A stretch of 64,000 bases of DNA from Chiloscyllium plagiosum (GCF_004010195.1 NC_057718.1:93522561-93586560), one strand, 5' to 3'; shown: positions 49,579 to 62,607, counted from the stretch's first letter. Program-made: numbers and translations. The notes: a model not told the origin generated them from the sequence alone.

Positions 49579-50597
49579 AATGAATAGGAAAGGTTTGAAG
49601 GGATATGATCCAAGAGTAGGCAGGTGGGACTCGTTTAGTTTGGGATTATGTTCAACATGGACTGATTGGGCTGAAGGGTCTGATCTGCGCTGTCTGATTC
49701 TATGACTCTCTGAAATGGCCTTCCTGATCAAATATGACTTCAGCAAGGATCCACACAAAGATTAGAATTACAGACCACAGCACTGAAGCATTTACCGGGC
49801 ACAACTCCAGAGCACTGTGTGAAAACATGCATTGACTATCAAATAATATATAGTACGCGCATTTTTATCCAGAACTTTTGGCACAGTCACAATATCAAAT
49901 TCCAGAAAATGCCATGTACAGAATAAAGCATAACTTAAAGTGGTACTGTTTCCTGAGTAAAATATTCGATATACTTTTTCCCCCCCTAGAAACACAGGAT
50001 GCAGTGACCTGCCTGGGATAAAAATGGATCGCCCAATCCTTTTCTCTGTGGTAAATTTGTGGTTAGGAAATGCAACCACTCTGGCTTATCTCCCACCACA
50101 ATGAGGAACAATTTAACCAACAACACATTTCTCATGTAGAAAATGCCCATTTGACACCGAGGTGTAAAGTTTACAGGAACACTGAATGAGAGTGACAATT
50201 ACATGAAAAATGTATAAACACACACAACACGATTACATGACCTTTATGTTATATGAAGTGGCAAGTAGTAAACCACACGTCAAGACTCAGTCTGTTATAG
50301 TTAAGATAGCAGTAAGCAACAACATTTGAACATGAATTAAAAACCTTAGGCAGACCACGTACAGTTAGGAATGGGAAAAAACGAACTGCTGTCTTCCAGG
50401 CAAAATGTTGTATGATTTCATGAAGGAATTGGGCATAGCACTTGCGACTAAAGGAATCATAGGATATGGAGATAAAACAGGAACAGGCTATTGATTAGGA
50501 TGGGTGGAGGTGGGTACTGCAGATGCTGGAGATTAGAGTCAAGATTAGAGTGGTGCTGGGAAAGCACCGCAGGTCAGGCAGCATCCGAGAGTAGGAA

Positions 50598-50633
50598 AAT
50601 CGACGTTTCGGACAAAAGCCCTTCATCAGGAAT
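50598..50633 (-). ncRNA. Hammerhead ribozyme motif in a solo pLTR (50510-50633)
   Basis: Minus strand attc-CTGATGA-A-GGGC-TTTT-GTCC-GAAA-CGTC-gatt. Confidence 0.62.
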
Positions 50634-50814
50634 GAGTTGGATCATCTTGAATGACATAGTAGGTTCAAAAGGCCGAATGGACTGTTCCTGCTCCTATTTC
50701 CTGTGTTTCTGTGAAATGTTCTCAGGGTACAGATTTACCCAGCTAATTCTTAAGAATTAATATCAGACTTTATTAGAATCACTTGCTCAAAAGGAAAAGC
50801 CACTTCTGTTATTT

Positions 50815-52490
50815 TTCATTGTTCATTTATACAATCACTTGCTGGGCCAGCATTTAATGCCCAGCCCTGGTTGCCCTTGAGAAGGTGGGGGTGAGCTGTC
50901 TTCTTGAACTACTGCAGTCCATGTGCTGTAGGTTGATCTACAATGCTATTAGGGAAGGAGTTAAAAAAAATCACACAACACCAGGTTATAGTACAACAGG
51001 TTTATTTGGAAGTACTAACGTTCGGAGCATTCTTCATCAGGTCGCCTGAAGGAGCAGTACTCAGAAAGTTAGTGCTTCCAAATAAACCTGGTGGACTATA
51101 ACCTGGTGTTGTGTGATTTTTAATTTTGTCCACCCCAGTCCAACACTGGCACCTCCACGTTAGAGAAGGAGTTCCAGTGTTTTGTCCCAGTAACACCGAA
51201 GGAACTGTGAGTTATATCCAAGTCGGGATAATGCGTGGCCTAGAGGGGAGCTTTCAGATGGTGGCATTTACATGTATCTGCTGCCCTTGACCATCAAAAT
51301 CAATTTGGTCATGAGTTTGGAAAGTGCTGTCTGAAGTCCCTTGGTAAATTCCTACAGCGCATCTTGTAAAAGGCACACATTATTTCTCCTGAGTGTTGGC
51401 GGTGGAGGGAGTGAATGTTCATGGGTGCAGTATCAATCAAATGCGCTGATTTGTCCTTGATGGTGTCAAGCTTCTTAAGTGTTGTTTGCTGCATCTATCC
51501 AAATAAGCGAGGAGCACTGTATCACAATTGGGGAGCAGGCATTGGGGAGTCAGGAGGTGAGTTACTCACCACATGATCTTTGACCTGGCATTGTAGCCAT
51601 AGTATTTATACAGTTAGTCCAGTTGGTTTCTGTTCAATGGTAATCCCATGGAAATTGACAGTGGGAGATTCAGGGATGGTAACAATACCGACTGTCATCG
51701 GGCAGTGGTTAGATTCTGTCTCGTTGGAGGTGGTTGTTGCCTGGCAGTTGAGTGGCACCAATGTTACTTGCCACTTGTTAGCCTAAGCCTGGATATTGTC
51801 CACATCTTGCTTCATTACCTGAGGAGTTTCAAATAGTGCTGAGCATTGTGTGATCATGCATATGGCATGCCGTTCTGAACTCTTCATTGTCTCAGTGTTG
51901 ATCCCCTGATTTTATGATAATGGCAGGGTGGGGGAATATGTCAGGCCATGAGATTGCAGATTGTGCTTGAAAACAATTCTGCTGCTGCTGATGGCCCACT
52001 GCACCTCATTGATATCCAGCCTTGAATTGTCAGATCCGCTCCAAGCCTACCTTATTTAATGGTGATAATGCCACACAGCAGAGTGTAAGGTAGTCTCTAT
52101 ATGAAGACAGGACTTTGTCTCGACAATCACTGTGCGGTGGTAACTCTTTCCAATACTGTCATGGACAGATACATTTACGACCTTCAGGTTGGTAAGGATG
52201 AAGTCAAGAATATTTTTCCTCTTACTGGTCTCTCATTTTGCTGATCGTGTCCAGCAGCAATTTCCTTTAGAACTCAACCAGCTCCGACAGCAGTGCTGCA
52301 GTCCAGGCATTTTTGGTGGTGGACATTGAAGTCCACAACCCAGAGTACATTCTGTGCCCTTGTCGCCCTTAGTGATTCCTCCAAGTGGTGTTCAACATGG
52401 AGGGGCACTGACTGATCAGCTGAGAGAGGACAGGGCATGGTAATTAGAATCTCCGAGCCCATGTTTGACCTGATGCTACAAGGTTTCATG
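50815..52490 (-). mobile_element. CR1/L2-group LINE remnant (APE fragment, RT tail, 3' UTR shared with Deu-type SINEs) with a nested inverted PLE piece at 50962-51155
   Basis: VEHHLEESLR..AQNVLWVVDFNVHH (APE GDFN motif); TTLKKLDTI.DK.A.LI...NIHSLH...YKM.C. Confidence 0.7.
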
Positions 52491-52639
52491 GGATCCTGAA
52501 TCAACGTTGACTCCCTCCTCAGAACATTCCACTGTTCCACCACTTCAGTTGGAACTGAAGTGCTGGCGGAATAGAATATATCCAAGGACAGTGATGTCTG
52601 GGACATTATATGTAAGAAATACTTCCACGAGTAGTAGAT

Positions 52640-53240
52640 AAGTAGATAAGTGTGAGGTCTTGCATTTTGGAAAGTCAAATCAAGATAAGATTTTCATGGT
52701 AAATGGTAGGGCCTCAAGGAATGTAGTGGAACACAGAGACCTTGGCGTTCATATGCACTTTTCTCTGAAAGTGGAGTCTAAAGTGGACAGGCCAGTGAAG
52801 AAAGCTTTTGGCACATTGGCCTTCAGTCAGGGCACTGAGTATAGAAATTGGGGAGTTATGTTGCAGCTGTACAGGACATTGGTGAGGCCACACTTGGAGT
52901 ATTGTGATCAGTTTGGTCACCTTGCTATAGGAAGGATGTTATTAAGCTGGAAAGAGTGCAGAAGAAATTTACAATGGTGTTGCGTGGACTCAATGGTCTG
53001 AGTGGGTTTGTGTGGGTTTCCTTCGGGTGCTCCAACTTCTTCCCACAGTCCAAAGAAGTGCAGATAAGATGGATTGACTGTGCTAAATTGCCCAAAGCGT
53101 CCAGGGATGGGCAGGCAAGGTGTATTAGTCGTGGTAAGTACAGGGTTGCAGGGATAGTGTAGGGTGATCGGCCTGGGTGGGATGCTCTTCAGAGGGTTGG
53201 TTGGACTGAATGGCCAGTTTCCGCAATGTAGGGACTCAAT
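52640..53240 (+). mobile_element. CR1 RT fragment fused to the 3' part of an HE1 SINE
   Basis: RDLGVH..SLKV, LYRTLVRPHLEYC, then gtgggtttccttcgggtgctcc. Confidence 0.75.
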
Positions 53241-53687
53241 GATAACCCTTGTCATGGCTGGATCCGTTGGTTAAGATGAACCGTTTGTGCAGAATAAAAG
53301 AAACAGAACAGGTCCTTGGGAATGTGAGCCACTAGTATTTGCAACTCCCGCATTCAGTGGGACATGGAGCACTCTGACACGGAGGGCCATGGAAATGTAT
53401 CTTTGGTGAGACTTTATTCTGAAGAATGCAGTGCACATCATGCTGTGCAAATACAGCAGGAGATTGGAAGTAAACACGATCACTTGCCCTCCCACATCCC
53501 AATAAAAGGTAGCCTTGCATAGCAGACCACATTGATGCAGTTCAAGATGAGAGGAAGTCAGCTCCATGCCCTCATGCAGTCTCCGGAACTTTGGATTGTC
53601 TTGGTGAACTGTGGCCTACAGGCACCACTTTCAACGCCACCTCTGTTTGCATCAGCTTCACAGTGAAGGCTATAATCGGTCGGCTGC

Positions 53688-54182
53688 AGGAAGGATGTTG
53701 TTAAATTTGAAAGTGTTCAGAAAAGACTGGCAAGGATGTTGCCAAAGTTGTAGGGTTTGGGCAGTGGGGAGAGGCTGAATAGACTGGGGCTTGTTTTCCT
53801 GGAGGCTGCAGGGTGACCTTATAGAGACTATAACACATACGAGGCATGGCTAGGGTGAATACACAAGGTCTTTTCCCCAGGGTAAGGGAGTCCTAAACTA
53901 GAGGACATAGTATAAGGTGAGGATGGAGAGATTTCAAAGGGACCTAAGGGGCAACTTTTTCATACAGAGGGTGGATAGAATCAATGGCCAGAGGAAGTGG
54001 TGGAGGCTGGTACAATTACAACATTTAAGAGGAATCTGGATGGGTATGTGAATGAGAAGCATTTAGAGGAATATAGGCCAAATGCTAGCAAGTGAAGCTA
54101 GATTTATTTAGAATATCTGGGTGGCATTGATGAGTTGGACTAAGGGATCTGTTCTTGTGCTGTACAACTCTGTGACTTTATG
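53688..54182 (+). mobile_element. CR1 3' fragment
   Basis: ggaaggatgttgttaaatttgaaagtgttcag... through the 3' UTR. Confidence 0.8.
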
Positions 54183-54471
54183 GCAGTGACTATATGGCAA
54201 GTGCAGCCTTCACTTTGACAAGTCACAAAACAAGGTAGATGTTTGTGTTCAAGGCTTTTAAATGATTGAGACAATAGTCAACAAGACGATTGAAAACATT
54301 AGTGGTGAGTGGTGATGGGGGGTGGGGTCATGGTCGAGGCGGCATGATGGGGTGTGGGGTCATGGCCAAATGGGCGTGATGGGGTTGGGGTCATGGTCGG
54401 ACATTACTTTTACGAGAATAAGATTCACCTATTTCCAAAACAGGAAATGGCAGTCAATAGAAGCATGTTTA

Positions 54472-54852
54472 AAAAAGTTAAAAATCACACAACACCAGGT
54501 TAGGGTCCAACAAGTTTATTTGGAAACGCTAGCTTTTGGAGCGCTGCTTCTTCATCAGGTGGTTATGGAATATAAAATTGTAAAACACAGTTTATAGCAA
54601 AAGTTTACAGTGTGATGTAACTGAAATTATATATTGAAAAAGATCTGGATTGTTTGTTAAGTCTCACACCTTTTACAATGGGCATGTTGGTGTCAGTTCT
54701 TTCATATGTAAATTCCAGAACTTTCTTAAAGTTACATTCTCAAGTGAACTATAACAATAGGTGCCATGTCAGCCCAGATAATGCATTGAAGGTGTGAGGT
54801 ACACCCGTGTGAGGCTTTCTGTTTCCCAATGTTCAGACTGATTCTAATCTGC
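54472..54852 (-). mobile_element. PLE pLTR (family B)
   Basis: Reverse complement of the 49200-49578 region. Confidence 0.8.
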
Positions 54853-55727
54853 AGATTTGCATTTTATTTTGAGACATCTGGATGGGTATATGAATAGGAA
54901 GGGTTTGGAAGGATATGGGCCCGGTACTGGCAGGTGGGACTAGATTGGGTTGGGATATCTTGTCGGCATGGACGAGTTGGACCGACGGGACTGTTTCCAT
55001 GCTGTACATCTCTATGACTCTATAAAAACTGCAAGGATCCAGGCAAGATTCTACAAATCCCTTTGTTAGATTTTGAAACATTCTCTGAGGCAGAACGAGT
55101 CCTAGAGTGGTATATGCTGGGCGTCAGCTTTTTACAAATGATATCAAAGTTGAAGTTTGAAAGCACGGCAGAAAAATCCACAGGTGAAACAAGGATAGGA
55201 AGGAGGGCGTGTTGTGAAGCAGCCAGAAGCAGTTTGTAGACAGATATAGAAAGCTGAGTGTGAGGGCCAAAATGTAGCAGATGGAGTATGATATGACAAT
55301 TTGCATGACTTGTAAGTCAGAATATGCTGGAAGCAGAATGATTGAATATCTTTAATATGGGGATGGATAGATTTTTGTTGGGAAAGGGAATCAAAGGTCA
55401 TCGGAGATAAATAGTAAAGTGGAATCTGAAACACAACCAGATCAGTGATGATCTTATTGAATGGTAGAGCAGGCTCAAGGGGCTGAATGGCCTACTTCTG
55501 CTCCTAGTTCATATGTTCAGATGCAGTACCAGCTAATTGGTTTGCTCAGTTGGCTGGATGGCTGGTGTCAATGCAGAGTAATGCCAGCTGCGTGAGTTCA
55601 ATTCCTGCACTGGCTGTGGTTCCCATGAAGGAACCTGGTGACCCTCAGGTTAAACCACCAGCAGTGATCTCTCTCGAATGAGGGAGTGGTGTAGTAAGAC
55701 TGTGATGACTTTGCCTTATCAACTCAA

Positions 55728-56512
55728 ATGGACAGGGTGGTGAAGAAGTTTTATACACTTGCCTTCATTGGTCAATGCCTTGAGTGTCGGAGTTGGGAGG
55801 CCATGTTGCATTTGTACAGGATGTTGGGTAGGCCACTTTTGGAATACTGCATTCAATTCTGGACGCCCTGCTATAGGAAGGATGTTGTGACATTTGAAAA
55901 CATTCAGAAAAGACTAACAAGGATGTAGCCATGGCTGGTAGGTTTGAGCTATAGGGAGAGGCTGGATAGGCTGGGGTTATTTTCCCTGGAGTATTGGAGG
56001 CTGAGGGGTAACGTTATACAAGTTTATAAAGTCATGAGGGGCGTGGATAGGGTGAATAGCCAGGGTCTTTTCAGTAGGGTGGGAGAGTCCAAAATTAGAG
56101 AGCATAGGTTTAAGGTGAGAGGAGAAAGAGTTAAAAAGGATCTTAGATGTAAATTTTTCACGTGCAGAGGGTGATTTGTGTATGGAATGGGCTTCCAGTG
56201 GAAGTGGTGGAGGTTGGTACAATTACAACAATTAAAATGCTCGGAGAAAGTGAGGACTGCAGATGCTGGGGATCAGAGTCGAGATTGTGGTGCTTCCGCT
56301 CTTATCGTATGCTGCCTGACCTGCTGTGCTTTTCAGCACCACACTCTCAACATCATTTAGAAGACATCTGGATGGATGCATGAATAGGAAGGGTTTTGCT
56401 GGACATGGGCCAAATGCTGGCAAATGGGACTAGATTAATTTAGGATATCTGGTCGGCATGGATGAGCTGAACCGAAGGATCTGTTTCTGTGCTGCACAGC
56501 TCTATGACTCTA
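55728..56512 (+). mobile_element. CR1 3' portion with a small nested PLE piece (56242-56348)
   Basis: LYRMLGRPLLEYCIQFW.P, SYRERLDRLGLFSLE; ctctatgactctat tail. Confidence 0.85.
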
Positions 56513-56553
56513 TAATGAATAAGAATAGCTTTTCCATTCCTACAGGCAAGACA

Positions 56554-57357
56554 TGGTACATTGGCCCAGAGGCATGGTATATTGGGGAAACCGAGCAAAG
56601 GCTACGACAACCGATGAATGGGCACTGCAAAACAATCAACAGACAGGGGAACACTTCAGTGGTCCAGGACATTCAGCCTCGGACCTTCGGGTGACCATCC
56701 TCCAAGGTGGACTTCGGGACAGGCAGCAGAGGAAAGTGGCAGAGCAGAGGCTGATAACTAAGTTCGGTACCCATAGGGAGGGCCTCAACTGGGACCTTGG
56801 GTTCATGTCACATTACAGGTGATCACCATTGCACTACACACACATACACACAGATAATCCTATACCCACACACACTCTCACATATACACGGACACAGATA
56901 CACACAGACGCGCACACAGATACCCACACACACCCTTATAGACACACAGACTCCCACACATGCACCCCCTCACAGACTTAAGACACTATGCACTCACTAC
57001 ACACACACACACTTTCTCACACTCACAACCCCCACCCCAGACAGACAGACAGAATTGTCTAGTTATCACCATTGTTAACAGCTAACCCGAGAATGCAATT
57101 TTAAAAAAAAGGGTTTTGTGATTTATACATGAAAGAAGTGAAACTATCACTGTATTCTAACAGATGAAAGGCTTAACAGACAATCAATTCTTCAATGTAT
57201 AATTTCAGTTACATCACACTGCAAATTTTTGCTATAAATTCTGTGTTACGATCAAGCCCTCCACAATCACCTGATGAAGGAGCGTCGCTCCGAAAGCTAG
57301 TGTGCTTCCAATTAAACCTGTTGGTCTATAACCTGGTGTTGTGTGATTTTAACTTTG
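56554..57357 (+). mobile_element. Penelope-like element 3' part
   Basis: WYIGETEQRLRQ.MNGH GIY-YIG remnant; 13-bp TSD tacaggcaagaca at 56541-56553 and 57358-57370. Confidence 0.9.
57266..57304 (+). ncRNA. Minimal type-I hammerhead ribozyme motif (family B)
   Basis: cac-CTGATGA-A-GGAGC-GTC-GCTCC-GAAA-GCTA-gtg: stem I cac/gtg, 5-bp stem II, palindromic AGCT stem III, predicted CUA cleavage triplet. Confidence 0.72.
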
Positions 57358-59174
57358 TACAGGCAAGACAATCTCTCCCTGGCTCTCCAACCTACAGTTG
57401 AGACTACTGCGGCTTCAACCAAATAGATCCCAGTTGAAGATTCAGGTCTCAAATTGTAATGAATGGGAACAGTACTTCCTTGTCTGCCTTATCATGTACA
57501 CCCCTATCAAATATCTGTTCAAGTGATTATGTTCTAAGAATGATGACACCAGCTCTTCCAACCTAGTATTGATGCTAAAATCGTTCCATTCCTGGAATCG
57601 TTCTAGTTGATCTCCTCTACACCTTCTCAAGGAACTTTGTATCCTTCCGAAAGTGTGGTGAACATAACTAGAGGCAACATTGTTGCCTAACTATGGGCTT
57701 TCCCAATAACCTTTTGAACTAACACCTTATCAAATGTCTGAAAATCTATGTATAGTAAATCTACAGGCTCCCCTTGATCCACAGCACGTTATTCCTCCAA
57801 AGAGGTTCAGTGTTACAGCTCTGTTATTGGATGTTGAAATGAGTAGTGCAATGAACAGAGCTGGACAGCATGGAGTTGCCAGTTTTGGCACCAATCCAAC
57901 CTCATCCTGGTCGCACGAGAGCATTGATGCCAATCAGACTCACTGCCCTAAAGCTGACGTCTCTCTGTATAAGACAAGCAACAGGCAAACATTACGGCAT
58001 TGTGTCCTTGTGAACATGACAGCTGATTGTGGAATAGTGATCTCTTCCAGAAACTCCGATTTCCCTCTATAAATAAGTCCAAGGAGCTTCTATGAGCATT
58101 TTCCCCATGCTTGTAACCACAAAAACATTATGGGATACAATTTTTGCTTGGCATCGTCAGATAGGATGGTGGGCTTTGGGTGAGAAGTTGTGGATGGAAT
58201 TCCCTGCATACGAGTTACAGACAGCCACAAGATCTCACTGTGGGTTCTGTGTGCTATGCCCAGTTTATATTAGCAGCTTTAACATTGGCAATCAAACCAC
58301 CATTGAAGCAGTGCTGGTGTAAATGTGTGCAGAATCAACTTCCAATACTGGCATCGAAATGCCAGTTGGTCCTGTCAGTGGCATATCCAAAATTGTCTGG
58401 AAATTGGAATTTTTGTCTCAATATGTTGGAGACTGGGAAAGCATTTGACCAAGGAAGTCAATTATTCAATTAGATTAATTATTCTCATCTGAGTTGTGAG
58501 TTAACTCCATGGTAACAATGACATGATTCCTCCGCTCTCATATGAGAGGTAAGAGGGCAGGGTCATAATGTTCCAATAATGCAGTTCCAAGCTACAGAAC
58601 TTTCTAAAGCCCTTACCCCTGTTACTGCAGAATTCCCTGGGCAGAGTCTATAGTATGGAACAAAATCTAATTAACGGTGCTGTCTAATCAGGGATAAATT
58701 TGGAAAAAAGGTGTTTGATTAACTGAATCTTTTTAAGAAATTCAGAAATGCACAGATAAGGGAATGTGGTGAAAACTGTATTTCGAAAGGTGCTTGTTAA
58801 AGTACCACATGAAAGGCTTGTTACAGAAATGTGAGTGCAGGACATTAAGGAACTTCCTCGATGGAAGTGCAGTGAGCTCTGGAGAGGTTAATGGTGCTGA
58901 GCCTCACTTCTTTTACCCTCAAGCAAACTAGGCCATACCTGTGGAAGGGGGAAGGACAATATTCATAATGGGGGGGATCTTACTGCTCACAAGGTGGAGA
59001 ACTTTTGGGGGGAGGGGCATGGAGGAGATACTTCATTAGTTGAGGTATTATGAAGTTGAAGGTGTATACTGTGCCTTTAAGAGAGCGTGAAGGCTGTTTT
59101 ATACTGAGAACATGCAGGTACATGTGATGTGACTGACTAGCAGTCTCAGAGTGTACTGGAAAATTGAAAATATG

Positions 59175-59802
59175 TAATATTTGGCTGTGAAACAAATACC
59201 TGACTTTGGTTGCTATGTTTTCACAACTGTTCGAATTTAACCAATCAGTTTAAATTATACCCCAGGATGCTAAAACCCAATCGAATTTAATTTTCCTGTT
59301 TTGACAACATTGAATCAATGAGACAATCTGATGTTTGGGGTATATAAAAACCAACATTTTGAGAGTTAGCCAGAGAGAGTGACCAAAGCCATCGTCAGAT
59401 TAAAGGCCAGCCAAGGTACCATTTTCAGATAAAACATCTTTACCGCAAAATACCAAAGACAATTCAGGGAGAACTATAGCCAGAGAAAGGAGGACACCGG
59501 AGACAACCGCTGTGTCTGGTTTTGAAAATTAAGTTGATGTAATTTTAATATGGGTGGTTATTGGAACAATGTATTGTTATAGAGTTGGAGGCAGATAACA
59601 AGCAGTCAGGAGAAAGGAGGCTTAGAGTTATAAATAGTTGTTGTTTAATGTTCAATTTTAGAGTTAAAGAATATAGTGATTTTTTTCTTTAAATCATGGA
59701 AGTTCGGAGTTCTCTGTCATACTTTAACAGATTACGAGATGAGGTGAGCTTTTCCTGGGTGTTTGGTTTGATTAACAGAGGGGTTCACCGCCGTATTGTA
59801 GC
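59175..59802 (+). mobile_element. Probable solo LTR (degraded)
   Basis: Several CCAAT-like boxes, TATATAAAA at 59341, end resembling ...gtaaca; no TSD found. Confidence 0.4.
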
Positions 59803-60042
59803 ATTTGTGCTGGTGCACCCAAACCCTGCTTCTTCTCGCCTTCACCGACATGATGTCCTGGATGGGCAATGCCCAGGTCTAACCTTCCCACCTGATTGGC
59901 AATTGAGGCCCTTAAGTCAACATTTGAAGACCACAGAGAGGCGTCACCCTTCTGCAATTAATCCAAGTGCAGGAAGCTCTGTCACCATAACTACCCTAAC
60001 CCTAATCCTATTGCAGTGTGCCTCACTGGTGATGATGTGAAA

Positions 60043-60965
60043 GTGCTGGTGTTGGACTAGGGTGGACAAAGTTAAAAATTGCACAACACCAGGTTAAAAT
60101 CCAACAGGTTTAACTGTCTAACTGGTGGGCAGCTCACTATCTCAGGTATGGGAGGAGATAACTTAATGTTTCATAAAATAGGTGACATCTCAGCTCAGAC
60201 AATGCATTAAAGGTGTGAGATTAGAGTCTGCATGTATTCAATCTTGAATCAAAATGTCACATGAATTGACTGCCTACAGATTGCGTGCCTTTTGAACAAA
60301 ATAGAATGCATCTGCAAATATATTTCTGCAAATGCAAATTTATCCCATAGACTTATATGTGTGTATGTGTATGCATGTGAGGGAGAGAGACAGAGAAAGA
60401 GAGAGTGTCAGAGAGAGGGAGGGGGGGAGAGAGAGTGAGAGACAGTGTGTGTGTGTGTGAGTGTATGTTTGTCTCTTGATAGAGTGTGTGTGTGAATGTA
60501 ATGGAGTATGTGTCTGTGAGAGGGTGTGCGCATGGCTGTGAGTGTGGAGTATGTACGAGTGTGTGTATATGTGTAAGTGTATCGTGTAGTGGGGTCACCT
60601 ATAGCATGACATGGACTCGAGATTGGAATACATGGATAGTCTAACCTCACACCTTTAATGCATTGTCTGAGCACTATTTTTTATATAAAACCTTAAGTTA
60701 TGTTGGGAATGTGAATTGAAAGAAGTTCTGGGATATACATATTAATGAATCAAAACCTATAACCCATTCTAAAAGATGAAAGACATAACAGCAATCCAGA
60801 TTAGTGCAAAATATTGCATCAACTGTATGACACTATGATCTTTTGCTGCAAATTTTGTGTCCTATGGTCCTGCTTCACTAGCTACCTGACGAAGGAGCAG
60901 TGCTCCGAAAGTTTGTACGTCCAAATAAACCGATTGGACCATAACCTAGTGTTGTGTGATTTTTA
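60043..60965. mobile_element. PLE family-B 3' region with inversion
   Basis: Minus-oriented pLTR and (TG)-rich spacer to ~60630, then a plus-oriented pLTR ending ctgacgaaggagcagtgctccgaaag...gttgtgtgattttt. Confidence 0.8.
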
Positions 60966-62087
60966 CCATCTACAAGATTCACCATAGAAAATCACACAGG
61001 GCTCCTTTGAGAATAATTGCCAAATTCATCGCCTCCACCACCCAGAAGGTCAAAAATAGCAGATCCCAGGAAGAGCACCATTTGCAGGTTCTGCCCTAAG
61101 CCACACACCATCCTGACCTGACACATACATGACCAATTCTTCACACTCATTGGATCAAAACCCACAGCCTTGCTGTAATGGCATGGAAGCTGTATCTGTA
61201 CCTGATGGATTGCAGCAGTTCAAAGAATGCAGTTCACTAACATGATCCCTTTAGAACAGCATCAAATGATGGTCTGGTCAACAGTGCTCACGCCCCGTGC
61301 ATGAATGAAATAAAAATGTTGTACGCTGAAAATAAAGCAGAAAGCATCACTTTTATAATTTTCACAAGATATTGAGGGGACTTGACTGAGCAGATGTGGC
61401 AAGGATGTTTCCTCTGGTGGGAGAATATTTATGTGATATACTGCGCTCTCAGATTGCAGTAATGTAAAGTTGAGTTTAAAATCTCATGCTTTACCCAAGT
61501 TAAACCTAATTCTTGTTAAGTATAACAATCTGGCCCCAGGTTTTCTGATAAATTCGATCCATAAAGATAGGTAAATAAGTGACTTGATGTTCCTTGATAA
61601 ATTCTTCAACTTTTGTAATGTCTCCGGCAATAGCGAGGCTAGATTTCCAAAGCACTGCACAACAAATCATGACACCAGATATTGAGCGATCTTGAAGAAT
61701 CAATATTAAAGTATTTAAGATGGGAATTTGACACAAGGGATAAACAGGGGTAATCCAAAGATTAGCATTGCTCTTTAGTAAAACACTGACAGCTAAAGCC
61801 AATAGAGTTAAATAAAATAAAGCACAATGGCACTGGCTGAATACAAAGCAAGTGCTCCTCTTTATTAGGTATGGGGAAAATTACTGTTGGCAATGTTATG
61901 CTATGACTGAACTGAAGGGTTAAACTCTTTGAAAATGTCAGTTTTGGTATTCACCTCTAAGTGAGGTGCTTGTGGGCTCACAGGGTCTCAGAATCACCAA
62001 ATTGTTACAGTACAGAAACAGACAAATCATATCAACTTTCTTTATTCACTGGGACGTGGGTACTGCTGGCTTGTCTAACATTTAAAA

Positions 62088-62362
62088 CATACATAGAACA
62101 TAGAACAGTACAGCACAGAACAGGCCCTTCAGCCCACGATGTTGTGCCGACCACTGATCCTCATGTATGCACCCTCAAATTTCTGTGACCATATATATGT
62201 CGAGGAGTCTCTTAAATGTCCCCAATGACCCTGCCTCCACAACTGCTGCTGGCAACGCATTCCATGCTCTCACAACTCTCTGTGTAAAGAACCCGCCTCT
62301 GACATCCCCTCTATTCTTTCCTCCAACCAGCTTAAAACTATGACCCCTCGTGTTAGTCATTA
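62088..62362 (-). mobile_element. CR1 3' end, young
   Basis: TRGHSFKL...FFTQRVVRAWNALP; (acatagaa)n tail. Confidence 0.88.
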
Positions 62363-62607
62363 TTAGTCATAACATAACATTGCCCATCCCTATTATCTAT
62401 TTATTATTTAACTATTTATTCATTGTTTATTGGTTCATCCACCATTAGATGTAACTTTCTATTGGAAAGCATTTATTAAATATTCCAGACCATGCGAAGA
62501 TTCAGACTGGAAAGCAATTTAAGATCATCAATCAGTCTTGCAATATAATGCATTTGTGTGTGCTTAGAAGCTATGTACAAAAATACATAGGACCCTATTT
62601 CATTTCT

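Noticed and set aside
61506..61802. Protein-like minus-strand ORF (GDITKVEEFIKEHQ...)
   Set aside because: No recognisable homology and no convincing donor or polyA support.
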